Shown: positions 1 to 9,111 of the stretch, in pieces
Numbering within the stretch: the stretch's first letter is position 1
Layout of the letters: each line of letters starts with the position of its first letter
From: Verrucomicrobiales bacterium
Lineage (GTDB): Bacteria; Verrucomicrobiota; Verrucomicrobiia; Verrucomicrobiales; V1-33
Direction of reading: 5' to 3'
Length of the DNA: 64,000 nucleotides
Assembly: GCA_965229245.1 (NCBI GenBank)
Contig: CBDDIW010000003.1
Coordinates: 849,834-913,833 of the forward strand
Notes under the pieces: generated by a model
What the model was told of the DNA's origin: nothing
What the model saw: only the letters and a program-made list of their open reading frames with translations
Database searches by the model: none
Translations under genes and position numbers: made by a program

Positions 1-65
1 ACATCCGGTGAAAGGGTTCCTCTCCTTGATGTTTAACCAGTGGTGACTGACGGTCAGCGCCTCCC

Positions 66-1223
66 ATGCAACTCCCCCACGCTCTTCATCTCGCCTACTG
101 TACGAACATCCACCGCGGCGAAACCTGGCCGGAAACGCTGGCCGTGCTGGAAAAGCACACCCTGGAGGTGCGGGACCGCGTGTGCCCCGGGAAGCCCTAC
201 GCCATCGGCCTCCGGCTGGGGGTGAAGGCGGCCCAGGCGCTGTATGACCGCCAGGAGCGGGATGATTTCCGCCGCTGGCTGGACAAGCACGGCTGCTATG
301 TTTTCACCATCAATGGCTTTCCCTACGGCCAGTTCCACGGCACCCGGGTGAAGGAGCAGGTCTTCCAGCCGGACTGGTCCACGGCGGCGCGGGTGGAGTA
401 CACCCGGGCGCTGTTTGAGATCCTCGCGGACATCGTGCCACCGGGGATCGCCGGAAGCGTGAGCACGGTGCCGGGCTCGCACAAGGAACTCATCCAGGAC
501 GACAAGCAGGAGGCGGATATCCTGAACAATGTCCGTGAAACCGGGGAGTGGATTGCCCGTCTCAGCGATGCCCGGGGCGTGGACCTCCATCTGGGCCTAG
601 AGCCGGAGCCGCTGGGCTATCTGGAGAACACGCCGGAGACGCTGGCCTTTTTTGAAAAGCTGGGAAAGAGCGAGCCCGTGCGCCGCTGCCTGGGGGTAAA
701 CTACGACGCCTGCCACCTCGCCATCGAATACGAGGACCCCGCCGATTCCTTCGCCCGCTACGCGGAGGTCGGGGTGCGGATCAGCAAGCTGCATCTCAGC
801 TCCGCGCTCCGCCTCACGCCGCATCCGGAGGTGCTCCACCGCCTGCGGTCCTTCCAGGAGGACGTGTATTTCCACCAGGTCATCGCCCGGAGGGATGACG
901 GATCGCTCCACCGCTACCGCGATCTCCCGGACGCCCTTGCCGCCGCCGCGCTCCAGCGGCCCTCCAGCAGCGAGGAATGGCGGGTGCATTTCCATATCCC
1001 GCTCCACGCCGGGCCGGATGACATGTTCCAGACCACCGCCTCCCATATCACGGGAGCCCTGGACGTGCTGGGGAAAAATCCCGGGCTCTGTCAGCACCTA
1101 GAGATGGAAACCTACACCTGGGAGGTCCTGCCCCAGGAACTGCGTTCCACCCGGGTGGAGGATCAGTTGACGAAGGAATATGAGTGGACCCTCGCGGAGT
1201 TGAGGAAGCGGGGACTGGCCTGA
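66..1223 (+). CDS. eboE: EboE-like xylose-isomerase-fold TIM-barrel protein
   Basis: 385-aa ORF. LHLAYCTNIHRGETWPE and CYVFTINGFPYGQFHG match my recollection of EboE / sugar-phosphate-isomerase-like TIM-barrel proteins. Recall-based, not searched. Confidence 0.6.
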   Translation: MQLPHALHLAYCTNIHRGETWPETLAVLEKHTLEVRDRVCPGKPYAIGLRLGVKAAQALYDRQERDDFRRWLDKHGCYVFTINGFPYGQFHGTRVKEQVFQPDWSTAARVEYTRALFEILADIVPPGIAGSVSTVPGSHKELIQDDKQEADILNNVRETGEWIARLSDARGVDLHLGLEPEPLGYLENTPETLAFFEKLGKSEPVRRCLGVNYDACHLAIEYEDPADSFARYAEVGVRISKLHLSSALRLTPHPEVLHRLRSFQEDVYFHQVIARRDDGSLHRYRDLPDALAAAALQRPSSSEEWRVHFHIPLHAGPDDMFQTTASHITGALDVLGKNPGLCQHLEMETYTWEVLPQELRSTRVEDQLTKEYEWTLAELRKRGLA

Positions 1224-1315
1224 GCGGAGGAGCCCATCCCTTTAAGGTTCATCCCTGTTTCATTTAATCGGGGCATGGAGGGTATGAGAGAAACGGCGGG
1301 AAATACCGCCAGGCG

Positions 1316-1331
1316 GGGCGCGCATTTTGCG
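1316..1331 (+). promoter_or_regulatory. weak sigma-54 -24/-12-like site
   Basis: gGGCgC-gcatt-TTGCg: GG-N10-GC spacing is correct and the -12 TTGC is perfect, about 36 nt upstream of the ATG at 1367. The -24 element matches only 4/6. Confidence 0.2.
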
Positions 1332-1366
1332 TCTTAGGGAAATCCCTTACCCCCACATTCCCATTC

Positions 1367-2887
1367 ATGACTTCATCCTCCTCTCTCCGCCGCCTGCGCG
1401 CGGCTTCCGCCCTGGCGGGCATAACGGCACTTTCACCCGTGGTGGCCCAGGCGGGCGCGCTGGCGATCACCTTCGGCGGCGATGGCTATGGATCGTTCGG
1501 CCAGGCGGTGACAGCGGATGCCTACGGGATACCCCAGGCGGACTGGACCGGGCCACTGGGCTCCGCGGAGGCGGAGCCGGACCTGGGTGGCACCGCCACG
1601 GTCTCGGATGTCATCGTGACCTGGCGGGCGGCCAATGACTGGGCGCAGAGGGATGCCTTCACGGGCGCTCCGGGCCGCGCGGAGGTGGACTTTGGCTATC
1701 TGGATGACGGACTGGGAGGAGCCGCGATCTCGCTCACCGGCCTGAATGCGTGGCTGAAGACCAACGGGACGACCACTTACTCCGTGCGGGTGGTGAACTC
1801 CACGGACAACGGCAACAGCTTCACCCCCACGGAGGTCTTTGAAACGGAGGGCGGCGCGCTCCTGGGCACGCTGGTGAATCCCGCGACGTGGACGGGGGGA
1901 ATCAACTCGGCGGCCACGCCTTACCTCACGGGCCTGAGTTCGGACACCCTTTTTCTGAGAGGCGGCCAGGGCGTGGGCGGGCAGGCACGGGGAGGCATCG
2001 CGGCGGTCATCGTCTATCCTGGCGATCCTCCCGGGCCCCTGGAGGTCGTGGTGCCGGACATCGGCATCACCACCTATGTGCAGGGGGATACCCCGGACGG
2101 GGAGGGCTCCATCCTCAATGTGGTGAACGGCTTCGGCCTGACAAAACCGGACGCGGAGGACCCCTCCACCTGGACGCATGACAATGCCTGGCAGAACGGC
2201 TGGCAGGGCCGCGGGGACCTCTCCCTGCTGCCGGATAACGTGGGTTGGGTGGTGCTGGATCTGAAGCAGGAGACGGCGGGGCTGCAATCGCTCTACCTTT
2301 GGAACGTGAATGAGAACCCCTACTACCGTCTGGCCGCGGGCGTGGAGAACTTTGAAGTGTATTACGCCAGCGATATCAAGCTGGCCCCCCCGGCCACGGG
2401 CCCGGTGTTTCAGGATTACTCCTTTGCCTCCGGAGGCTGGACGAAGGCGGGGGAAACAGTGACGGCGACCATCGGTGTAGGCTCCAATGCCCCGCCCAAT
2501 GCCGTCGCCAGCCTGGGTGGCGTCTCCGCGCGGTATGTGGGCCTGAAGTTTCTGACGAACTACAACTACACCGCCCAGGGAGCCGTCCTGCCCGGAACAG
2601 GCCTCGCGGAACTGGTCGTCACCCGGAAGGCCGGGACGGTGGTCCCGCCGGAGCCGGTGGACTTCCGCATCACGGATGTCGCGTGGTCCGAGGCACAGAA
2701 CGGGATCACGATCACCTGGAATTCCCAGGCCGGAATCCCTTATGCCATTGAGTTCGCGGAGAGCCCCGAAGGCCCCTGGCTACCGGCGGGAAAACCTGTC
2801 CAGGCGAGCGGTTCCACCTCGACCGCCTTGATCACCAGTGCCCCGGCGGGCAGCCCGCGGTATTTCTACCGGGTCAAGGCGAACTGA
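1367..2887 (+). CDS. secreted hypothetical protein with beta-rich C-terminal domain
   Basis: 506-aa ORF. The N-terminus resembles a signal peptide (LRAASALAGITALSPVVAQA). The tail ends RYFYRVKAN. No catalytic motif recognised. Confidence 0.6.
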   Translation: MTSSSSLRRLRAASALAGITALSPVVAQAGALAITFGGDGYGSFGQAVTADAYGIPQADWTGPLGSAEAEPDLGGTATVSDVIVTWRAANDWAQRDAFTGAPGRAEVDFGYLDDGLGGAAISLTGLNAWLKTNGTTTYSVRVVNSTDNGNSFTPTEVFETEGGALLGTLVNPATWTGGINSAATPYLTGLSSDTLFLRGGQGVGGQARGGIAAVIVYPGDPPGPLEVVVPDIGITTYVQGDTPDGEGSILNVVNGFGLTKPDAEDPSTWTHDNAWQNGWQGRGDLSLLPDNVGWVVLDLKQETAGLQSLYLWNVNENPYYRLAAGVENFEVYYASDIKLAPPATGPVFQDYSFASGGWTKAGETVTATIGVGSNAPPNAVASLGGVSARYVGLKFLTNYNYTAQGAVLPGTGLAELVVTRKAGTVVPPEPVDFRITDVAWSEAQNGITITWNSQAGIPYAIEFAESPEGPWLPAGKPVQASGSTSTALITSAPAGSPRYFYRVKAN

Positions 2888-3157
2888 ACGGACCTTTCCG
2901 CCCGCATCCGCGCCCGCGCTTGAACCCTCACGCCGGGTCGCGGAGTCTGGAGCGTACTGCTTGCCAAAAGTCAGTTCAGAAACGGAGGGAAACCTCCCGG
3001 CAGGGAGGCTTGTATCCGGATATGATGACGGCAGGCGCTCCACGCCCGCACGGGACGCGTGGGGCGGTTGTGGAACGGTTAGTGATGTCCGTTAAACAAC
3101 CCCTCCGCGTTCCCTGCTCAATGCGGCTTTTGTAATTCCCAGGCGTAAGCCCCGGTC

Positions 3158-4576
3158 TTAAAACTTCCGCCGCAGATGGCTCGGGAGAATGCCCAGGGCT
3201 TCGCGGTATTTCGCCACGGTGCGGCGGGCGATCTTGATCCCCTTGGTCTGAAGCTGCGTGGCGAGGTCGTCGTCGCTCAGGGGTTCGGAGGAGTTCTCCT
3301 GGCGGATCATCTCCGCCAGGGTGGCCTTTACACTGGTATTGGAAAGATGCTCCCCGTCCTCCGTCGCGAGACCGGAGGTGAAGAAATAGCGCATCTCATA
3401 CACCCCGTGGGGAGTGGACATGTATTTCCCCGCGATGGCCCGGCTGACGGTGGTCTCGTGCACGCCCACCACCTCCGCCACCTGGGACATGATGAGCGGC
3501 TTCAATGCCGAGGGGCCGTGGCGGAAAAACTCCTGCTGCCGGGAGACGATCTCCTCCGCGATCCGTTGAATGGTCTGCTGCCGCTGATGGATGCTGCGGA
3601 TGAGGAATTTCCCGCTGCGGATCTTGTCCCGGATGTAGTCCCGCACGTCCTGGCCGCCGCCCGGGTTGGACATGATGTCCTTGTACAGATTACTGATGCG
3701 CAGGCGGGGGAGTTGACCCTCCTCCATGACCACGGAGAACTTTCCGCCCACGCGCTCCACCTGCACGTCCGGCACCACGAACTGCTGCTGCGCGGCGGTG
3801 AAGCCGCTGGCGGGCCGCGGATTCAGCGTGGCGATCACTTCCGCCGCACGGGTGATGTCCCCGGGCTCCACGGAGAGCTTCCGCGCGATGTGCGGGAAGC
3901 GGTGGCGCGCCAGGTCATCCAGGTGGGAGGAGATAATGCGGGACTCCAGGCTGTGCTCCCGCCCGGAGCGCTTCAACTGGATGAGCAGGCACTCCCGCAG
4001 ATCCTCCGCGCCCACTCCGGCGGGGTCGAAGGATTGCATGATCTCTTTTGCCTCCGCCAGGGGGGCGAGGGGCATGTTTTGCTGGAGACTCATGTCCGCG
4101 ATGGGCACGGGGAGGAACCCGCGGTCGTCCAGGGTGCCGAGGAGCATTTCCACCACGGCGCGGATCTCCGGGGTGCAGTCCACCATGGCCAGCTGCTGCA
4201 TCAGGTGGTCCTGGAGCGTGACCGGGGCGGCTAGGGAGTCGAAGATGAACTGGCGGCGCTCCTCCTCCTCCGAGGTGCGGGGACCATGGCTGGCGGCGCT
4301 CTGTTGGAGATAGGTGCGCCACTCCTCGTCCATCTGGGAGAGCTTTTCAAATTCCGAGGCAAAATCGTCGTCCTCCAGGGTGGCCTCCGGGCGCTCCTCC
4401 TCCAGGGAGATCTCATTGTCCTCCGCCTCCAGCACGGGGTTTTGCACCAGCTCCAGGTCGATCATCTGCCGCAACTCGAACACCGGAGCCTGAAGGATGT
4501 TCAGGCTCTGCTGAAGCTGCGGCGAGAGCCGCAGGTGCTGGCTCATGTTCTGCCCGAGCGTCTGCGAGGTATTCAT
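3158..4576 (-). CDS. rpoN: RNA polymerase sigma-54 factor
   Basis: Region I LRLSPQLQQSLNILQ, an acidic region II, and a C-terminal HTH plus RpoN box (ARRTVAKYRE). Confidence 0.95.
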   Translation of the reverse strand: MNTSQTLGQNMSQHLRLSPQLQQSLNILQAPVFELRQMIDLELVQNPVLEAEDNEISLEEERPEATLEDDDFASEFEKLSQMDEEWRTYLQQSAASHGPRTSEEEERRQFIFDSLAAPVTLQDHLMQQLAMVDCTPEIRAVVEMLLGTLDDRGFLPVPIADMSLQQNMPLAPLAEAKEIMQSFDPAGVGAEDLRECLLIQLKRSGREHSLESRIISSHLDDLARHRFPHIARKLSVEPGDITRAAEVIATLNPRPASGFTAAQQQFVVPDVQVERVGGKFSVVMEEGQLPRLRISNLYKDIMSNPGGGQDVRDYIRDKIRSGKFLIRSIHQRQQTIQRIAEEIVSRQQEFFRHGPSALKPLIMSQVAEVVGVHETTVSRAIAGKYMSTPHGVYEMRYFFTSGLATEDGEHLSNTSVKATLAEMIRQENSSEPLSDDDLATQLQTKGIKIARRTVAKYREALGILPSHLRRKF

Positions 4577-4627
4577 CAGGGTGGGATACTTACCCGGCCA
4601 TGATTCCCCGTCTCTGCGGAAGAATCA

Positions 4628-4643
4628 AGCAAGCAACGTGCCA
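4628..4643 (-). promoter_or_regulatory. sigma-54 -24/-12 promoter consensus upstream of rpoN
   Basis: The minus strand reads TGGCAC-gttgc-TTGCt, a full match to TGGCAC-N5-TTGCW. The -12 GC lies about 53 nt upstream of the rpoN ATG at 4576. Confidence 0.5.
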
Positions 4644-4805
4644 CTATCGCGAAATTTTATTCATGTCATGTTTTGACGAAACCGGCCTCCGCGGTGTCCG
4701 GGGAATCCGGCTGCGTCCCGTTTTCTCCTGGCATTTCTGCTTTCGTCCCGCCGGGCCCCGCGCCATGCTCCGCCCCTTTTCCCACCCCCTGACCTTTTCC
4801 CTTCC

Positions 4806-5732
4806 GTGAGAGATAAATTACAAGCCCTGCAGGATCGTCTCACCGGTACCGTGCTGGGTGCCCGGCAACCCTCGTTCCTCCTCATCACCGCCCTGCTGGC
4901 CGGCGGGCACGTGCTCATCCAGGGGCCGCCGGGCATCGGGAAGACCACGCTGGCCGCCACCCTGGCCAAGAGCATCGAGGCCAGCTTCAGCCGCATCCAG
5001 TTCACCCCGGACCTGCTGCCCAGCGATATCGTGGGCTACTCCATGTATCACCAGGGCACGGGTCAGTTTCAGTTCATCCCGGGGCCGGTGTTCTCCAGCA
5101 TCGTGCTGGCGGATGAGATCAACCGCACCAGCCCGCGCATCCAGAGTGCGCTCTTCGAGTGCATGAGCGAGCAGCAGGTGACGGTGGACGGCGTGACGCG
5201 AAAGCTGAACTCCCCCTTCATGGTCATCGCCACGCAGAACAACCTCTATGCCACCGGCACCTTCCCGCTGCCGGAGCCCCAGCTGGACCGGTTTCTCCTC
5301 AGCATCCCCATGTCCCTGCCGGACATGGAAACCCAGGCGCAGCTGCTGAAGATGCACGCCCAGCGCGGCCCCCGGCCCCCGGAGGAGGCCGCTCTCCTCC
5401 ACGCGGATGAAGTGGTGGCCGCGCAGGAGGAATGCGCCGCGGTGCCGGTGAATGACCGCGTGTGCCGTTACATTACCCTCATCTGCGACAGCCTCCGGAA
5501 GACGGACGCCGGTCGCGGGGCGCTTTCCGCGCGGGCCAGCATCGCCGTCATGCGCGCCGCCCAGGCCGCTGCCTGGCTGGAACAGGCCCCGGCGGTGTTT
5601 CCGGACCATGTGAAATCCGTGGCCTCCGCCGTGCTGGCCCACCGCCTCATCTCGCGGGACAACCGCCACGGCCAGGCCGGGGATCCCGCCTCCATCGTGG
5701 CGAACGTGCTCCAGAGCGTGCCCGTGCCCTGA
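4806..5732 (+). CDS. MoxR-family AAA+ ATPase
   Basis: Walker A GPPGIGKT and LADEINRTSPRIQSALFECMSEQQVTVDG, typical of the MoxR/AAA_3 family. GTG start. Confidence 0.9.
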   Translation: MRDKLQALQDRLTGTVLGARQPSFLLITALLAGGHVLIQGPPGIGKTTLAATLAKSIEASFSRIQFTPDLLPSDIVGYSMYHQGTGQFQFIPGPVFSSIVLADEINRTSPRIQSALFECMSEQQVTVDGVTRKLNSPFMVIATQNNLYATGTFPLPEPQLDRFLLSIPMSLPDMETQAQLLKMHAQRGPRPPEEAALLHADEVVAAQEECAAVPVNDRVCRYITLICDSLRKTDAGRGALSARASIAVMRAAQAAAWLEQAPAVFPDHVKSVASAVLAHRLISRDNRHGQAGDPASIVANVLQSVPVP

Positions 5733-6043
5733 GAAGGGCGCGGGCCTTTCCCCGGGGCGCAAGCCGGAGATCCTGAAAAGGTTTTCCCCCCATGGTCGGG
5801 TGAAGGGGTTGAGACTGCCGCACGGATATTGGATCCAGGTGGACCCCGGGCTGCCCGGCGGCTGCCCGGGTGCGCGATTGTCCGATTTCCGGCCGTTTTC
5901 CCTAAACTTTTCCTATATAGGTCCATTTTTGACCTCCATGGGAAACTTAGTGAGAACGGGGTCAAAATCCGGCAATCGCGCGGATTCCACGTTTTCCCCG
6001 GCAAATGTCTGGCGACGGGGCCCCGCTGTTCAGAACCGGAGCC

Positions 6044-8377
6044 TCACTTTTTCCCCAGGGTCAGCTTCATCTCCACGGGGACGTTCCCCCGGAGGACCTT
6101 CACGGTGAGCACTGTGCCCGGGGGCATTTGTTTGAGGGCCTGGAATTCCCCGCCGGTCATGCCTTTGAAGGCGCGGTCCCCCATGGAGACCATGACATCC
6201 CCCTCCTGCATGCCTGCCTTTTCCCCGGGGCCGCCGGGGTCCACCCGGCCCACGATGACGTGGCCATCCCGCCAGTCCAATGAGAGGCCCGCGGTGCTCC
6301 CCTCATGGCTCTCCTTCAGCGTGCCGTGGGACTGGAGGTGCATGGTAGCCTGATTCACGTCCATGGTGACCGCGTAGTGCCGGAGGATACCGCTGCCAAG
6401 GACGCCATGGGCCATGGGGCTCAGGCCCGCTTTCAGGTTCTCCAGCGTCTCGCCGGCAAAGGTGAACCAGGGAAGCCGCACCTCCCGTTCCATGACCGTG
6501 CCACTCATGCCCCGGCCCGCGAATCCGGCGGGACCCGCTTGGGCAAAAAGCGCGGGCAGCCGCTTTTCCGTCTCCCTGGCCGGGAGGGAAAGTTGGAGGG
6601 TGGCCCCGGAGTCCACGGTGAAAAGAAAGGTCTGGTCCATCACCGGCAGGTTCACCCGGCAGGCGACAGGGCGGTACCGTTTCGGTGCCGGGGACGGAGG
6701 GACAAAAACGTCGTCCAGGGTCAGCGGCAGGGAGATGCCTCCCTCCAGGCGGGGCGCGGAATCCCGCCGCCAGAGCGTGAGGGATTTGGCTTTCCAGTCC
6801 AGCCGGAAAACGAAATCCCGGAGCGAGCCCAGCCCCAGGATGCCCTCAAATTCCAGGCGTGTCGCGGGCAGGCTTGCGATGCCCCAGGGCTCGCGGCGGA
6901 TCGTGACCCCGCCCATGTCCACCGTATCGCAGACGCCTTCCAGGGTGGGCGCGAGTTCCCCGGAGATGGTCTTCATCCTCGCGTTGCGGAGGGCCTTCAT
7001 TCCCACCCGGGCGGCGGCTTCCGGAGACAGGATGGAATTGGACGCTCCCGTGTCCAGCATGCAGCGGACGGTCCGGCCGTTGATCTTCACGGGGATGATC
7101 AGGAGATTATACCACGGGTCCACCTCCAGGGGGATCTCCAAGGAGACTTGTCCTTTGGGGAAGGCCCAGTCCCGCAGATGTCCCCGGATGAGCGAGTCGT
7201 CCGGCCATTCATCGGAGAGACTCCACTTCAGCATGACTTGCCGGGGTGCCGATGCTTTGCCCGTGTCCCTTTTGGAAAAGATCATGACGTTGGGTTCGTC
7301 ATCGGAGGCGGTGAGAGCCACAAGCTCGGAGGCGGTCATCCTGCCCGCGGGCCGCCCGGCGAACTGCACCAGGGTATCCTCCGGGGTGACTCCGGCACGG
7401 GCAGCGCGCCCGTTCGCCGTGACGCTGATGACTTCCCAGCCCCGGTCGCCCAGTCGCAGGCTCACCCCGGCTCCCTCCATGGACCAGGTCACTTCTCCCG
7501 GGAGTCCGCGGAATCTTTTGCCGGCGTAGTCCAGGGTCAGGTCCAGCTTCCTGAGATTCGCCGTGGTGAGCACTCCCGCGTTTCCCGCTGGACCGGGCGT
7601 GGTGGCGCTCACGACAAAGTTTCCCGTGAAGTCGAGCCGTCCCATTTTTAAATTCAGGGACGCTATTTCCCCTTCGGGCTGGACCCTGGCGGGGAGCCGT
7701 TCCTTCAGCAGCGCCGCCGGGATGGTGGGCACGGGCTGGAAGCCTCCGTTGAGGACCATGGGGAGGGCCACTCCCTCCGGAGTCTGGAACAGGAGAGCGG
7801 CGCTGCCGCGCCGGGCGGTGACTTTAGTGCCGGAGAGCGCTACTTCGGAGTCCCGCACGTCCAGTTCCCCCACGCCTTCCGCCTCCCCCGCCGGAGGCAG
7901 TGCCGAGGGCTTTAACAGGGAGAACTGCCGGGCGGGGAAGTTCATCCGCACCGCGAACTCCCTCAGGGTGGAGTGTCCCAGGATGAGGGTCAGGCCGCTG
8001 AGGTGGTCTTCCATTTCCTCCACGATGCAAGGTTCATTCTCCAGCACCACGCCCGCCACCTCCAGTTTCGGCAGGAGCACCACGCCTTCGTATCCGTCCA
8101 GGGATTTGAGACTGAGGTTTTCCGCTACCTTTGAGGAGAGCCGGGTAAAATCAATGGCCGGGCAGATGAGTATCTTCGCCTGGTATCCATTTGTGCGGCC
8201 CTCCACCTCCCAGCATTTCTCCAGATTCATGGCCGCCGGCTTGGCCTTTTCCGGAAAGGTGATCCGCCGCTCTTTTTCCGCCGCCGGCAGGGGCGAAATG
8301 AGACGAAGGAGAACCGCAGGGATGGCCAGGGCACGGAAATTCATGCCGCCCTTTAGCGGGGCCTCCCGCGGAAGCAA
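6044..8377 (-). CDS. secreted multidomain protein with PDZ and retropepsin-like aspartic protease domains
   Basis: 777 aa with an N-terminal signal-like segment. Two DTG/DSG motifs (CMLDTGASNSI, FTVDSGATLQ). Two PDZ-like segments, including the C-terminal GGPGEKAGMQEGDVMVSMGD. Confidence 0.75.
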   Translation of the reverse strand: MLPREAPLKGGMNFRALAIPAVLLRLISPLPAAEKERRITFPEKAKPAAMNLEKCWEVEGRTNGYQAKILICPAIDFTRLSSKVAENLSLKSLDGYEGVVLLPKLEVAGVVLENEPCIVEEMEDHLSGLTLILGHSTLREFAVRMNFPARQFSLLKPSALPPAGEAEGVGELDVRDSEVALSGTKVTARRGSAALLFQTPEGVALPMVLNGGFQPVPTIPAALLKERLPARVQPEGEIASLNLKMGRLDFTGNFVVSATTPGPAGNAGVLTTANLRKLDLTLDYAGKRFRGLPGEVTWSMEGAGVSLRLGDRGWEVISVTANGRAARAGVTPEDTLVQFAGRPAGRMTASELVALTASDDEPNVMIFSKRDTGKASAPRQVMLKWSLSDEWPDDSLIRGHLRDWAFPKGQVSLEIPLEVDPWYNLLIIPVKINGRTVRCMLDTGASNSILSPEAAARVGMKALRNARMKTISGELAPTLEGVCDTVDMGGVTIRREPWGIASLPATRLEFEGILGLGSLRDFVFRLDWKAKSLTLWRRDSAPRLEGGISLPLTLDDVFVPPSPAPKRYRPVACRVNLPVMDQTFLFTVDSGATLQLSLPARETEKRLPALFAQAGPAGFAGRGMSGTVMEREVRLPWFTFAGETLENLKAGLSPMAHGVLGSGILRHYAVTMDVNQATMHLQSHGTLKESHEGSTAGLSLDWRDGHVIVGRVDPGGPGEKAGMQEGDVMVSMGDRAFKGMTGGEFQALKQMPPGTVLTVKVLRGNVPVEMKLTLGKK

Positions 8378-8410
8378 CCGTTCCGGATCACGTGCCGGAG
8401 TAGACCGGGG

Positions 8411-8788
8411 CTATTGCTGCTTCCGGCGGTGAATCACCACGCGGTTTCCGTCAGGGTCCGCCACGGTGGCCATGTGGCACACCGGGCTTTCCATGGGCTC
8501 AAAGACGAACTTCGTGCCCGCTTCGCGGAGTTTGGCCACGTAGCCGTCGAAGTCATCCACCTCCAGCGCGGCGGCGGTGCCGGTGGGGGAGGGAGGCCAT
8601 TCCTCTCCGCCTCCGCTGATGAGCGCCAGGCATCCGGCCCCGATGTCATACTCCACCCACTGGTCATCCCCGTTATGCTCCCCAAAGGCGCGGGATTTTG
8701 TGAGACCAAGCAGGCCTTCATAGAAGGCTTTGGCCCGTTTCATATCGGTGACAGAGTATCCGGTGAAGGCAATTTCGAGGACTCGCAT
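8411..8788 (-). CDS. VOC (glyoxalase/bleomycin-resistance) family protein
   Basis: 125 aa. FTGYSVTDMKRAKAFYEGLLGL is a typical VOC N-terminal beta-alpha-beta module. Confidence 0.8.
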   Translation of the reverse strand: MRVLEIAFTGYSVTDMKRAKAFYEGLLGLTKSRAFGEHNGDDQWVEYDIGAGCLALISGGGEEWPPSPTGTAAALEVDDFDGYVAKLREAGTKFVFEPMESPVCHMATVADPDGNRVVIHRRKQQ

Positions 8789-8882
8789 GGCGGCGGGGGG
8801 GTAGCAGAGAGGATGGAAATCTCCTTGCAGGCCCCCCGCCGGGGGAAGCGGGGAGCGCGCCGCGTTCGCGTTCCCGGGTGGG

Positions 8883-8914
8883 CAAAAGGAAAGCGGCGGC
8901 AGAAATGCCGCCGC
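8883..8914 (-). terminator. rho-independent terminator candidate (minus strand)
   Basis: Stem gcggcggc (8893-8900) / gccgccgc (8907-8914) with a 6-nt loop. On the minus strand it is followed by TTTCCTTTT. Confidence 0.4.
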
Positions 8915-8961
8915 TCCTTGTGCCTGTCAAAGGTACTTCGTTTCCCTCATTATTTCCAGTC

Positions 8962-9072
8962 TCAGTCCCGCCCGTCCCGGTCCCCGTTCTGTCTCTTGTC
9001 TGAATTTCTGCCAGCCAAGAAGATCAGGAGCAGGACCAGAAGGATGAGCAGGGGAAGGCCAAAGAATACCAT
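8962..9072 (-). CDS. candidate 36-aa single-TM small protein
   Basis: Hand translation gives MVFFGLPLLILLVLLLIFLAGRNSDKRQNGDRDGRD. It is below the ORF-track cutoff. It starts 40 nt downstream of the GreA-like gene, on the same strand, and is followed by the terminator candidate. Confidence 0.3.
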   Translation of the reverse strand: MVFFGLPLLILLVLLLIFLAGRNSDKRQNGDRDGRD

Positions 9073-9111
9073 GGGGAGCGGGAAGAGGGGCCGGACAGAC
9101 GTTCCTGAAGA

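Noticed and set aside
4806-5732. MoxR ATPase without the usual downstream DUF58/VWA (Bat-type) partners
   Set aside because: Solitary MoxR genes are common. The downstream gene is convergent, so no functional link to the PDZ/aspartic protease gene is inferred.
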